DNA of 63,893 nt, counting the filler, from Octopus bimaculoides (Eukaryota), in the NCBI RefSeq assembly GCF_001194135.2. It is 5 parts of 4 records of this genome, joined end to end, with 100 filler letters (N's around TTAATTAATTAA, not from the genome) between each part and the next. Parts side by side here need not be neighbours in the genome. Positions count along the whole stretch, not along the records: positions 10,941 to 39,496 come from NC_068987.1; positions 39,597 to 46,887 come from NC_068986.1; positions 46,988 to 60,639 come from NW_026367561.1; 2 more parts are not named here. One strand, given 5' to 3'. Under the pieces are notes generated by a model that saw nothing but the letters and a program-made list of their open reading frames with translations, was not told where the DNA came from and ran no database searches. Position numbers and translations under genes: made by a program. This document shows positions 34,919-49,535 of the stretch, piece after piece; positions within the stretch are counted from its first letter, which is position 1; each line of letters starts with the position of its first letter.

Positions 34919-35566
34919 TAGTCTAGTGGTGATGCCACAATGAAGATCACCCACGACTTTATATGATATGGTTGACAAACGAAGGCAAACAATCTTATGA
35001 TGGAGAAGGCTCTTCGGTTGTGTCCAAATACATGGCAACCCTTCTAATGCTGGTGCAATGGTAAAATTGTACCCAATGCACTCTACAAAGTGGTTGATGT
35101 TAGGAAAGGTATCTAGTTGTGGAAACCCTGCCAAAAGTGGAATACACAAATAAGAAATGGTCCTTTTGATTCCTCTTGGAGAGGATTAATTCTGAATAAG
35201 AACTGGTATGGATCACAACAACAATCCTGCTTCTTCAGCATATGAGCAAACGTAAAATAATGATGGTTGACTCCTCATTTATTCTATCAGGGCAGTGGAT
35301 TGGCTGAGTCAGTAGAGTATCTGCTGAAAAGGCTTTGCAGTATTTGTTGTGGTTCTTTAGGCTTTGAGTTCAAATACCACTGAAGTCAAAGTTCTTTTGG
35401 TGCTTTGGAGGCATTCACATTGTGAATATGTATTGTATTATACATGAATGTCCTTGTTTTAATATCCACTTTTCTGTACTTGTGTAGGTCTGATCAAATT
35501 TGTTGAAGTGAATTTTCTACAGCTGGATACCTTTCCTGTTGCCAACACTCATCTGTTTCAATCATT

Positions 35567-35599
<33 letters not shown>

Positions 35600-36067
35600 C
35601 GTCTGTTGTCCATTGAAATTATGTGGTTGGGAAGCAAACATCTTACAACAAAACCATGCCTCCACCTATATCTTTGATCTTTCAGGAATTTTTAGTCAAA
35701 TGAATTGACCCCAGTACTTCTGTTGTTATCTTTTGCCAAACTGCTAAGTTAGTGGGGAGGGACATAAACACACAAACACCTGTGTGGTGGGGACGAACCC
35801 AGACTCAAAGACGCATCCAAATATTTATTTCTTTATCACCCACAGGGGGCTAAACATAGAGGGGACAAGCAAGGACAGACAAAGGGCTTAAATTGATTAC
35901 CTTGATCCCCAGTACATAACTGGTACTTAATTGAATTGACCCCGAAAGGATGAAAGGCAAAGTCGACCTTGGCAGAATTTGAACTCAGAACATAAAACGT
36001 GATGAAATACCACTAAGCATTTCGCCTGGTGTGCTAACGTTTCTGTCAGCTCACCGCCCACATCAAG

Positions 36068-36121
<54 letters not shown>

Positions 36122-37204
36122 GGCTTCTTTCAGTTTCTGTCAACCAAATCCACTCACAAGGCTTCGGTTGGCCTCAGGCTNNNNNNNNNNNNNNNNNNNN
36201 NNNNNNNNNNNNNNNNNNNNNNNNNNNNNNNNNNNNNNNNNNNNNNNNNNNNNNNNNNNNNNNNNNNNNNNNNNNNNNNNNNNNNNNNNNNNNNNNNNNN
36301 NNNNNNNNNNNNNNNNNNNNNNNNNNNNNNNNNNNNNNNNNNNNNNNNNNNNNNNNNNNNNNNNNNNNNNNNNNNNNNNNNNNNNNNNNNNNNNNNNNNN
36401 NNNNNNNNNNNNNNNNNNNNNNNNNNNNNNNNNNNNNNNNNNNNNNNNNNNNNNNNNNNNNNNNNNNNNNNNNNNNNNNNNNNNNNNNNNNNNNNNNNNN
36501 NNNNNNNNNNNNNNNNNNNNNNNNNNNNNNNNNNNNNNNNNNNNNNNNNNNNNNNNNNNNNNNNNNNNNNNNNNNNNNNNNNNNNNNNNNNNNNNNNNNN
36601 NNNNNNNNNNNNNNNNNNNNNNNNNNNNNNNNNNNNNNNNNNNNNNNNNNNNNNNNNNNNNNNNNNNNNNNNNNNNNNNNNNNNNNNNNNNNNNNNNNNN
36701 NNNNNNNNNNNNNNNNNNNNNNNNNNNNNNNNNNNNNNNNNNNNNNNNNNNNNNNNNNNNNNNNNNNNNNNNNNNNNNNNNNNNNNNNNNNNNNNNNNNN
36801 NNNNNNNNNNNNNNNNNNNNNNNNNNNNNNNNNNNNNNNNNNNNNNNNNNNNNTTTCATCCAAATACCTATTTCTAACACAACTGACTCTGCAATTTTGA
36901 AATAATGTTTTGTTTCTGATTTCATTTTCTGATATCGGCGGCGGCGGCGTCATCATCATCACCCACCTCCACCACCATCATCACCACCACCACCAACTCC
37001 AGAATCATCACCATCACCAACTCCACAACCACCACCTCAACCATCACCACCACCAACTCCACAATCATCACCTCCACCACCACCATCATCACCACTATTT
37101 TGAATCTCTTGTCTTTCTTTTACTTGTTTCGGTCTCAAGATTGCAGCCATGCTGGAGCGCCACCATGAAGGGCTTAGTTGACCGAGCTGAGCCCCAGTAC
37201 TTAT

Positions 37205-37355
37205 TTATTATCCTGTGTGCGTAAACAAAAGCAGGGTATTATAATCACTCGTCTTTGTCTGTGTGTTTGCAAAATTACTGGAAAATGGCTGAATGGATTT
37301 TCACCAAATTTGGCAGAAATATTCATTGGGAGAGTGACTTGAAATGATGAAAATT
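37205..37355 (+). mobile_element. Possible DINE/HINE (Helentron-associated)-like fragment
   Basis: TGTCTGTGTGTTTG...GGCTGAATGGATTTTCACCAAATTTGGCAG resembles the core of DINE-like elements. Short and diverged. Confidence 0.35.
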
Positions 37356-37873
37356 TGACTTGAGTATCTTCAAGCATAACATAAATAGATACATAGATAT
37401 GCAACTCCACGAGTATGTGTGTAGAGTAACAGATTTGAGGGTTTCATTTATTTACGAGTTGGTCATGCAAATGGCACCCGTGCCACCCATTACACTCATG
37501 GAGTGGTTGACATTAGGAAGGCCATCCACCCTTAGAAAACTATGCCAAATCAGACTGGATCTGGCGCAGCCTTCCAGCGTGCCAAGCCAGTCAAACCGTT
37601 CAGCCCATGCCAGTATGGACAACAGACATTAAATGATGATGATGATGATTTCTTCATTTCACCTGAGTATAAATAAATACCTGTAATGATGATGCTTAAA
37701 AAATAAGAAATTTAAATCGAACTCACAAATTTCCCAATCAGCAAGTTTAGTCAGACACTTCCAAAGCTTAATTCAGTTCAATAAAAGAACATGGGTAAGC
37801 AAGAAAAATTTATCTTTATGCAGGGTGTGCATCGTCCCCTCCGATACCTTTTTTTTCCGTTCACTCTTTTCCT

Positions 37874-37897
37874 TAACCCTAACCCTAACCCTAACCC
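37874..37897. repeat. Short interstitial telomere-type repeat (TAACCC)4
   Basis: TAACCC x4, the reverse complement of TTAGGG-type repeats. Confidence 0.7.
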
Positions 37898-38373
37898 TAT
37901 CAATCTTGTTTGTGAAACTGTTAAGTTATAGAGACACAAACAAACCACATACATGCACCCATAGTTACAGGATAGATATATATATATATATATAGCTATG
38001 TTCATCAGCTGTAAGCATATGGAATAAACATCCACTGACTCACCTCACGTCTCCCATCTTTTCTATTTATACACATTCTCTCTACCACTGTTTTGCTTGG
38101 ATTTTTAGAACAATGCTAAGGTTAACCTAACCTCTATCACAGGTTGTCCTTGTTAGCCATGCACCTGGCAGCAAGTTTAATGTGAGATCTATTTGATTCT
38201 TTCAATCCCTATTACTACTATAATGTGTGTGTGTGGGTGGGTATGTATGACTTGGAAGGGTCATTATGCCAATAATAACACATACTGTGGTTCATATCAC
38301 TTCTTTACTGTTAGTTGGTTAAATATCTAACCAACTAATTAATTGATCATTTGCTTAATGTGCTAGATATACA

Positions 38374-38420
<47 letters not shown>

Positions 38421-38568
38421 CCTTTATTTTACTTGTTTCAGTCATTTCACTGTGGCCATGCTGGTGCACCTCCTTTAGTCGAAACAAATCAATCCCAGGA
38501 CTTATTCTTTATTCTATTGGTCTCTTTTGCTGAGCCGCTCTCTCTGGCTGTCTGTCACTCTCTCTCTC

Positions 38569-38611
<43 letters not shown>

Positions 38612-41244
38612 NNNNNNNNNNNNNNNNNNNNNNNNNNNNNNNNNNNNNNNNNNNNNNNNNNNNNNNNNNNNNNNNNNNNNNNNNNNNNNNNNNNNNNNNN
38701 NNNNNNNNNNNNNNNNNNNNNNNNNNNNNNNNNNNNNNNNNNNNNNNNNNNNNNNNNNNNNNNNNNNNNNNNNNNNNNNNNNNNNNNNNNNNNNNNNNNN
38801 NNNNNNNNNNNNNNNNNNNNNNNNNNNNNNNNNNNNNNNNNNNNNNNNNNNNNNNNNNNNNNNNNNNNNNNNNNNNNNNNNNNNNNNNNNNNNNNNNNNN
38901 NNNNNNNNNNNNNNNNNNNNNNNNNNNNNNNNNNNNNNNNNNNNNNNNNNNNNNNNNNNNNNNNNNNNNNNNNNNNNNNNNNNNNNNNTAGATATATAAA
39001 TTAAAGGACATACTAAGTATGTCTACCTGCTGGAAATAACAGTCGAAGCTCTTATTTAAATCTCCAAAATGCACTGATAAATAACTACAGAAATCAACTG
39101 TCAGAAGACAAAGGGGCCACGACAGTCTCCCAGCATACATTCAAGTATTTGAGATATATATATATATATATATATGACAGGCTTCCACACAGTTTCTGTC
39201 TAATAGATTCACTGAAAGGCACTGATTGGCCCAGAGCCATAAGTAGAAGGCACAGTGGGACTGAACCTGAAATCAAATGGTTGCAAAGCACTCACTTTCA
39301 TTTGCTCTCTCTCTCACTCTCTCTCTTCACATTTTTGTATTTGTCTTCTATTAAACCGTCTTGTCCTTACCTCCTCCTCCTCTTCCCATTACCCCTCTCC
39401 CTCCTTGTTCTTTTCTCCCCCCCCACCCGAAATTCCCACCCTTGGTTTCTCCCTTCAACCAAACATTTCCTGTCCCACCCCCTTTTCTCATAAGGTNNNN
39501 NNNNNNNNNNNNNNNNNNNNNNNNNNNNNNNNNNNNNNNNTTAATTAATTAANNNNNNNNNNNNNNNNNNNNNNNNNNNNNNNNNNNNNNNNNNNNTGGA
39601 TATATATATATATATATATATATATAAACGTATAAATATTTGTATATGTGTATATATGCATATATGTGCTTAACCTGTTAACCTCTTATCTTTTATAAAT
39701 TATTTTTCTTGTTCGTAAATAGATACTTTTCAGTTACTTAAATCTGTGCGAGATAGTTATACTATAACCATATAAAAGTATAAATATTTGTGTATGTGTA
39801 TGTGTGCACATATGTTAATATGTGTGTGTGTGTTTGTGAGTGTGTCTGTACGCATCTTTATTTTTTCTGATTCTTGGCTTATAATTAATATATAGATAGC
39901 ATGTTTATCTTTCCAGTATTCCATAAGTAAACACCCTGAGCAGTCTTTATAGAAACCACCTAAGTAATTAATTAAGTTCAATATTAAACAGGTTCTATGT
40001 AATCTTTCCTTTTTAATGTTTATAATTGGTATATACATACATTTTACCTATTTTAGTTATGACATCATTTTTGAAAATCTTAAACTTTAATTTTATACAA
40101 CATATTGTTTATAAACAATTATCCTTAGCAGCCAAAGATAAAATTTCCTCTATATTAACATCCTAGTTGCTATTAGCATCTTGTCCTTTTAACCATTAAT
40201 TAACATCATGATTTAAAGTCTTTCCCTACCCAGCCTCCTTTTATAGACAGTTAATCTATATCCAGTTGACTACTCCTAATGTCTTCTTTCCTCCCCGAGG
40301 AAAAGGGATACGTATCACAACATTTATGACCATACCTAGCCATGAGCTCTCAACTCACTCTTGTCCTTCATTCTAAGCAGACACAGTCCTCTAGTCTTAG
40401 ATTTAGTAGGTGATAAAGAGACGAATGTGTTAGAAATGAACAACAATCCTTTACAATGACCACAGTGGACTTCATGCCATTTTTAGCTACGATAGCGACA
40501 ACTCTCGCTTTACTCTTTTACTTGCTTCCATCATTTGACTGCGGAGAACCGCCTTTAATCGAACAAATCAACCCCAGGACATATTCTTTGTAAGCCCAGT
40601 ACTTATTCTAGCGAGTTCTTTCGCCGAACCGCTAAGTTACGGGAACGTAAACACACCGGCATCGGTTGTCAAGCGATGTTGGGGGGGGGAGACAAACACA
40701 AACACACACACACGCACGCACACACACACACACACACACACNNNNNNNNNNNNNNNNNNNNNNNNNNNNNNNNNNNNNNNNNNNNNNNNNNNNNNNNNNN
40801 NNNNNNNNNNNNNNNNNNNNNNNNNNNNNNNNNNNNNNNNNNNNNNNNNNNNNNNNNNNNNNNNNNNNNNNNNNNNNNNNNNNNNNNNNNNNNNNNNNNN
40901 NNNNNNNNNNNNNNNNNNNNNNNNNNNNNNNNNNNNNNNNNNNNNNNNNNNNNNNNNNNNNNNNNNNNNNNNNNNNNNNNNNNNNNNNNNNNNNNNNNNN
41001 NNNNNNNNNNNNNNNNNNNNNNNNNNNNNNNNNNNNNNNNNNNNNNNNNNNNNNNNNNNNNNNNNNNNNNNNNNNNNNNNNNNNNNNNNNNNNNNNNNNN
41101 NNNNNNNNNNNNNNNNNNNNNNNNNNNNNNNNNNNNNNNNNNNNNNNNNNNNNNNNNNNNNNNNNNNNNNNNNNNNNNNNNNNNNNNNNNNNNNNNNNNN
41201 NNNNNNNNNNNNNNNNNNNNNNNNNNNNNNNNNNNNNNNNNNNN

Positions 41245-41282
<38 letters not shown>

Positions 41283-41367
41283 CATACATACAACGTTATA
41301 TACAACATACATATATATTTGTATGTATTTATTTATCTTTCTACTTACCTATCTCTTCCTCTCTCTC

Positions 41368-41404
<37 letters not shown>

Positions 41405-43165
41405 AACACATTCACACATTCATATTGTGTATAGACGTATGTAAGTACGCAGACATATACACATATACATACACTCATACAGATATTTTGGGATAACTTT
41501 GGAACACATAAAATATCCGATTTCATTCATAGCAAAATAAAAAGAATTGAAATATGAAATGAATATCTCACTGCAATCAGCAAAAGAAATGAGCCTTGCT
41601 ATGGACGTGCAATTGAGAAATTCAATTGAAGTTACCTAATTCTGCGTGACATCTTGGACAAATATCTTCTATCATAATCTCAGGTTGGCCTAACGCTACC
41701 AGCCTTGTGAATGAAATTTAGTGCGTGAAAACTGTTCGGATGCACATCTGATTAAGTGTGTGTGATGTGGTGCAGTTCCCCTCTCTTTCTTACAACTGTT
41801 TCCAACATCATGAAAAGATCATGGACGCTAATTCTGCTCTTCTGTCTGACAGGAAACATATGCATGCACATCAACGAGGGTTTATTTCGAATGACTTCAG
41901 GTGTGAGCATGCTAAAAATGAACTTCCCGTCATTTAAAAATAAATGAATAAATAAACAAACAAGCAAACAAATAAATGAATAAAAATAAAGTGAATAAAG
42001 TGAAATAATGAAAAGTACGTATAACCTGCAGTTACTTGGCAACATGTACGGTACAGAAGTATGTACCGTGTTTTCGATGATTATTTATATGCCTGTGTAA
42101 TCGCGAAAAAATGTAGATCCCTTTCAACTTTGACAGAGCGGGACATCTAGGACGAGGTCATCTATAGGCGAGCTGGCTACTCCAGTATCCAGCTTGTACA
42201 CATAAGTGAAAAGTCTGAAATAATATGAAATGAAGTGACCAGCTGAAGGACAGGGTCGTCCGGTCAAGGAAATGAACCCACGCCTTTATGATCATGAGCC
42301 GAACACCATAACTACCAAACCGGGATTCTTCATAAAATAAAGTCATTGATGTGGATTAGTAACTGGCTCTCAAACACAGAGACTGCTACGAGTTCTAAGG
42401 CGATACTCCTTGCGGGGTTTCACAATCGTAATTATTCTTTCTATTTTTGACATAAGGCCAGGTATTTTGAAGGGAGGCAAGTCGATTGCATCGACCCCAG
42501 TACTTGAATGGTACTTATAATATCGTACATACCCAAAAGGATGAAAGTAAAAATAATCGATCTCGGTAGAATTCGAACTCAGAACGTAAAGAGCTGGAAA
42601 AAATTGCAAATCTTTCTCCGATGTGCTAATGTTTCAGCTTTCTCGCCGCTTTATTATACGAGTATAGTGGTTTCAAATCTTGGCACGAGGTCAGCAATTT
42701 TAGGGGAGGCGATAAGTAGATTACATCGGTTCCAGGACTTGATAACTAATTATTTTATCGATTTCGAAGAGATGGAAGGCAATCCTTAATGGAATTAGAT
42801 CTTAGAACGTAAAGAGCCGGAAGAAATGCCATATGCATTTTGTCCTATGGGCTAACGGTTCTGCAAGCTTGCTGCCTTAGGGTCCGAGTATAATAACATC
42901 TCATTAAAGTTTGGACCCAAATTCAATTGCTGGAATATGTTTATTACTGTTTTCCTAAAACAAGATGAAAGAGACTGGAAGAGTATGGAAGTGAGTTTGC
43001 TCGGATCTTGAAACACTGGTGTTTAATGTGAAATAGAGAGAACGGAATATCACTGCAACAAAAGATATGGTTAATTCAATAGTACATAGCATGGTGTGTG
43101 CGTGCGTGTGTATGTGTGTGTGTGTGTGTGTGTTTATGTGCGTGTTATATACCTTTATAGATAAG

Positions 43166-43488
43166 AAAAATAAGAAAATAGAGCTAAATCAATTAATAAT
43201 TATATTTATTAATTGTAAAAATAGACATAATCCCTGACAGCCGTTTCGACTCAGACTTTAAAGATTTTAGTTAAAATAATTAAATTATTATGAAGTAGAA
43301 TCTCGTCGGAGGTAGAAAGAATACCATTACATTTTTAATTATTTTCTATCCCCGAATAGATTCTACTTTATGATGATTTAATTATTTTAATTAAAATAGT
43401 CTGAATCAAAACGGCTGTCAGGGATTATGTCTATTTTTATAATTATATATATAATTATTAATTGATTTATCTCTATTTTCTTATTTTT
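43166..43488. repeat. Long inverted repeat / foldback (~140-150 bp arms, short loop)
   Basis: The left arm AAAAATAAGAAAATAGAG..ATAATCCCTGACAGCCGTTT..GTAGAATCT is the reverse complement, with scattered mismatches, of the right arm AGATTCTAC..AAACGGCTGTCAGGGATTAT..CTCTATTTTCTTATTTTT. Confidence 0.9.
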
Positions 43489-44039
43489 ATTAAGTCAACA
43501 TAAACCTTGGTTTATCTAATTACCTATTTATGAATATTAGAATTAATATTCAAAATAAATAGTAGGTAATAAACCAGTAAATTCATTGGATATTATTATC
43601 CCTTAATAAGGCTTATTTAACCTCTAATTGAACTCTTTATAGATAGATAGAGAGAGAGAGAATAAGAGACAGAGAGTTTGTTGTATTGAAACGGCATTTT
43701 AAATTGAAGGTGATATGATACAACTCACTCGAAGGCGGTAAGGTGGCAGAATCGTTAGCTCACTAGACAAATTGTTAAAATGTTTTGCGGCATTTCGTTT
43801 AACTTTACGCTCTGAGTTCATATTCTACCGAGGTCGACTTTGCATTTCATCCTTTCGGGGTCGATAAAATAAGAACCAGTTGAACATGGACGGATATAAT
43901 CGACTTACACCCTGTTTTTGTGCCAAAATTTGAAACCAGTATAATACAACTAATCACTTTCCCTGAATATCTTAATACGATCTTTAGACATTCTTAGTTG
44001 ACTGACATGAATATAGTTAGTCTTACATGACAGAACAGT

Positions 44040-44315
44040 GAAGGCATGTGGCTAAGTGATTCGTGTATTCAGCTCACGATAATAAGGTCATGAGTTAGAT
44101 ACCTAGTGGTGCGTTGTGTCCTTGAGCAAGTTGTGTCCACTCAACTGGCAAAAATGATTAGTACTTGTATTTCAAAAGGCCAGCCTTGTCATATTCCGTG
44201 CCACGCTGAATATTCTTGAGAACTACATTAAGAGTATACATTTGTCTGTGGAGTGCTCAGCCACTCCACAGTCTGTTCTGTTGATCGGATAAACTGGAAT
44301 CCTCGTCCTCGTAAC
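44040..44315 (+). mobile_element. SINE-like family E (distinct tRNA-like head)
   Basis: Head GCATGTGGCTAAGTG..CTCACGAT..GGTCATGAGTT. Related heads at 19435-19500(+) and 42270-42325(-). Confidence 0.5.
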
Positions 44316-45279
44316 TGTTGTAATTTCTGAGAGTAGATTAGAAAATAATGTGGTATGAATATAACAATCTTTATTTTGTTTAGCAACAAATCCAAAACAA
44401 AATATTACAAACCATCAAATTATTGTATACAAAAATAGAGTAAGTGGATTTTATTTTCTAGCAAATTAGTTTTGATTTGTTCAGGAAAATATAATAATGT
44501 CCCAGTAGAAATTAAGGTTTCTTGTTATAATTTAATTACTATTACCATGTGACTTTTATTTTGTAAAATTAGAAAATTTTGTTTTTTTCATTTTTATATT
44601 TTAAATTTTTATTCTATTTCTTCTTCTTAACTTTGTTCCTTCATTCCATTTTCTAGATCAGAAATAAATATATAAATAAAATTTGTATGAACATTTTCTT
44701 TCTCATTGAGGTTCATTATTATATTTTTTTAGAATTTTACGTATGTAATTAGCTTGTGCAAGATCACTTGTAATTAGATAGTACAATGTTATTATTATTT
44801 TTATTATTATACCTTCTCAAGGGAAAAGTAAACGTGATAGATCCTGAAAAAATAAAAAAAGCAAAATACGATAAAATTAGACACTGAAGCAATGCATCAA
44901 CACTTATTCATGGAAAAATCTAGAAATATCAACAGTAGACGAAAAAGATTAAAAAAATGGTATATGTCGAAACGATGCGGGAATCTCTACGGGATCGTTT
45001 AGTCTCCTAGATATAGCAGCTAAATCATGCAATGCCCTCTTAAAAGAAGACGGACGCATTAGACAAAGTAGTTCTGGATATACAATAGGACGTGTTGGTC
45101 GTGTTTGGATAACGTATAATCACAAGCTTGCTCAAGCAGCGCTTATATGAGACTAAACAACAACAACAACATTTGAAAAGCAGCCAATGCTCTTTGCAAT
45201 GCACACAATGTATTTATGTATGCATGTGTGTATATGTATGCATCTATACATACATATATGTGTGTGTGTATGTATGTAA

Positions 45280-45321
<42 letters not shown>

Positions 45322-46672
45322 GTGTGTGTGTATGTGTGTGTGTATGTGTGTGTGTGTGTTTCGAGGAAGCTAGTACCTGTTGGATACTGGTGTCGATGGA
45401 ATCGGCTAACACCTCCCACTAAATACGAGACCGTTGTATTTAAAGTGAGCTGACAGAGCATTTGAAAATGACTTGCATTATTTGTTCCGGTTCTTTACAT
45501 TCAGGATTCAAATGCCATTAATCTGTCTTTCATCATTTCGAAGCTGATTGAATAAAATAGTAGGGGTTTAGATAGTCGACTAAACTCCACCACCTCTAAA
45601 ATTGCTTGCCATGTGCCATAGTTTCAAACAATTATTATTATACACGCAGTAATGCACATAAAGATATTCAATTGCTTCTGCATTTCGTCTGTCCTTATGT
45701 TCTGAGTTCAAATTCCGCCGAAGTCGTGATAGAAATGATGGATCTTAGATTTAAGGCCTTTTGAACAGATACACAACAGATCATTTGTAACAAAAACATA
45801 AATAAAAAGAACTGAATTTAAGTAACTTTGAAATTAACGAAATTTTATTTGTAGCAAGTTAAGAAGAATAATACGAATGAAAGTCTATCTATATTATTGA
45901 AAAAGGAACCTGCTGACAATATGATTAAAACGATCTAGAAATCATCAGATAATCATGCTGCAAGCATTGATCATAAAAAAAACAAAAACAATTCGTTACG
46001 GATAAACATATATTCTATTTTAAACACAATCTGCATACCTCGAATAATTTAATTTCAAAATAAATAAACATTTATGTAAAACTAATATAAATTTCGCAGG
46101 TGTAATATGTTTTGTGTGGTGCTTTTTTTCTTAATATTTTTAATCAGTATTGAGAATGGTAAACATTGATTACAGGTTCACGGGAGAATATTGATTTTAT
46201 ATTCCTAGGCGTAAATAAAAAAGAAAAAATTAGGACGTTCATGGCTTTCCCAAAGAAATTATTGAAGAACGCTTTCCTATTATCGACAGCCAGTTTCTTT
46301 CTATTCACTAAAAGACTAATAAAACAACTATTACTCTCGAGAGGTTGGCGTAATAGATAATCGACGGGCTTTCGGAATAGCTACCACTAACTCAGAGAAA
46401 AGTACCTGTAAAAATTAATTGGAAAAGACCACAGAATTGAAAGGCAAAAAATATTCAAAAAATGGAATGCCTTGGACAAAGAATCCTTTCACGGAAGGAA
46501 ACAAACACTCAGTTCCTTGTCCGTTTCCTTCTTCATACGGTAGTGATAGCTGTTCTGAAAACTCACTGGTTAATTGTTACACACGTCTCACTAATGTAAA
46601 AAGAGCGGTTTATTTCTAATTGATGTAATGCTTGCATTGATCGATTAAATGGAGCTGCTTGAAACATCCTTG

Positions 46673-46733
<61 letters not shown>

Positions 46734-47142
46734 TATATATACACACAGAGAGGATGTTTTAAAAAAATTAATATCATTTCGCGATCTAATAACTTTGCCA
46801 GTTCTTGTTCAAATGACTTCAAATTTTAACAGCATGTGTAGAAACAGGTTAAAATTCTATGTTTAATGTTTGATATGTTTATCTTTTNNNNNNNNNNNNN
46901 NNNNNNNNNNNNNNNNNNNNNNNNNNNNNNNTTAATTAATTAANNNNNNNNNNNNNNNNNNNNNNNNNNNNNNNNNNNNNNNNNNNNTGTGTGTGTATGT
47001 ATATGTATATAAAATACTCACAGGCACTCACATAAATATATAAACAGCGCCAATGCATCTACACATGAGTGTATAAACACTGATATTAATTATATATAAT
47101 TTGATGTATGTGCGTGTGCCTCCATGTGAATGGATATTGCAG

Positions 47143-47177
<35 letters not shown>

Positions 47178-47379
47178 TAATCGTAGTTATAAATTATATA
47201 TATACATGCATATAACAATCTACCTCCCCCGCGCTCTACCACTAGCCCTTCTTTGAATATGAGTGTGTATGGATATGTATGCTTTTTTGGTGAATGCATA
47301 TGTGTATATATGAGGATATATGCGTGATTACGTTTCAAAGACACAGAATACTATCACAAACTAGATAACAAGCGTCCCC

Positions 47380-47463
47380 CTTATATCAGGGAAATATGGG
47401 TTCCACGCATGCGCATTTGCATACAGATGCATATATGTATATACATACATATATATAATCATC

Positions 47464-47496
<33 letters not shown>

Positions 47497-47595
47497 ATTT
47501 ATATACAGAGGGAAAGAGAGAGATAGAGATGGAGGTAAGGATGGATATGCATATGCACGTATGTATAAATGTGTGTATATATGTATGCATGTATG

Positions 47596-47658
<63 letters not shown>

Positions 47659-48460
47659 ATATAAATGAATTTCAGGAAACGTACTTCTTTCAAGCATTTT
47701 CAATGATACACACTCGTTAACACTGATACACACACAGACACACACATGCACTCGCACACATACTCACACGAACAGACACACACATAGATACACTCTCACA
47801 GACAAACATATATACCAACACACACAGACATATATATATATACATACATATATGTATGTATGTATGCATGGGAGATGTGCAGTATTAATGCATTTATGTG
47901 TGTATGTATATGGGTGCATAGGCAGGGTGGCTGTGAGCTCTCCACGATTAGATTACGGGAGGATAAAATTGATGGAAGAAAATACGTCAATCACGTGATT
48001 AGATCATGTGATCTAATATTGTCTTCTTTGTAAAGCACGACCGCCAGCTTTTGTTACGTCCATGTGCGTGCATACATACAGACACGTACACACACAAATA
48101 CACACACACACACACACACAAATATATATATATGTATATATATATATATGTGTGTGTATATGCATGAATGTATATGTGTACGTATGAATGATCGTATATA
48201 TGTATCTTTACATTCACATAATTGTAAGGTTTATACGAATATTATGCATGCATATTAATGATATATATATCTTTTTATTTTTTTCGTATGCGCTTGTATA
48301 TATGTATGTTTTCCCATTCATTCTTTACGAAGTCCTTAAAGAGAGGCTTGTCTACAAGGATGCCAACACAAGCCAGCTAAATCCTGCCATTTCCATCTGC
48401 CTTTTCAGTGACTTTGTCTTCCCTCTTGTGCATCTATCTACCGAACTATCTTTGTAAATG

Positions 48461-48531
<71 letters not shown>

Positions 48532-48730
48532 GTCTATCTATCTGTCTGTCTGTCTATCTCTCTATGCGTGTGTATGTATGTATGTATGTATGTACGTATG
48601 AATGAATGTATGTATGTATGAACGTATGTATGTATCTAACTATCCCTTTCTCTCTCTCTCTCTCGATCTATCTATCCCTTTATCTTCATCTGTCTATCTA
48701 TCTCTACCTATCTATCTATTTATCAATCGA

Positions 48731-48763
<33 letters not shown>

Positions 48764-48917
48764 GTGTATCTATCTATCAATTTATTTATCTATCTACTTA
48801 TCTATCGATCTATCTGTCTATCTCTATCTATCAGCATCCCCGTCTGTCTACCGCTCTGTTTGTTTCTCTATGTATGTATGTATCTATCTATCTATCGATT
48901 AGTCTGTCTGTCTGTCC

Positions 48918-49014
<97 letters not shown>

Positions 49015-49504
49015 AATATCTATTCCTCCATGAATCCATCTCTCTATTTCATATCGTTACTTTCTGTATTTCATTCTCTCATCTCACAACATAATAGCAT
49101 CGCTANNNNNNNNNNNNNNNNNNNNNNNNNNNNNNNNNNNNNNNNNNNNNNNNNNNNNNNNNNNNNNNNNNNNNNNNNNNNNNNNNNNNNNNNNNNNNNN
49201 NNNNNNNNNNNNNNNNNNNNNNNNNNNNNNNNNNNNNNNNNNNNNNNNNNNNNNNNNNNNNNNNNNNNNNNNNNNNNNNNNNNNNNNNNNNNNNNNNNNN
49301 NNNNNNNNNNNNNNNNNNNNNNNNNNNNNNNNNNNNNNNNNNNNNNNNNNNNNNNNNNNNNNNNNNNNNNNNNNNNNNNNNNNNNNNNNNNNNNNNNNNN
49401 NNNNNNNNNNNNNNNNNNNNNNNNNNNNNNNNNNNNNNNNNNNNNNNNNNNNNNNNNNNNNNNNNNNNNNNNNNNNNNNNNNNNNNNNNNNNNNNNNNNN
49501 NNNN

Positions 49505-49535
<31 letters not shown>

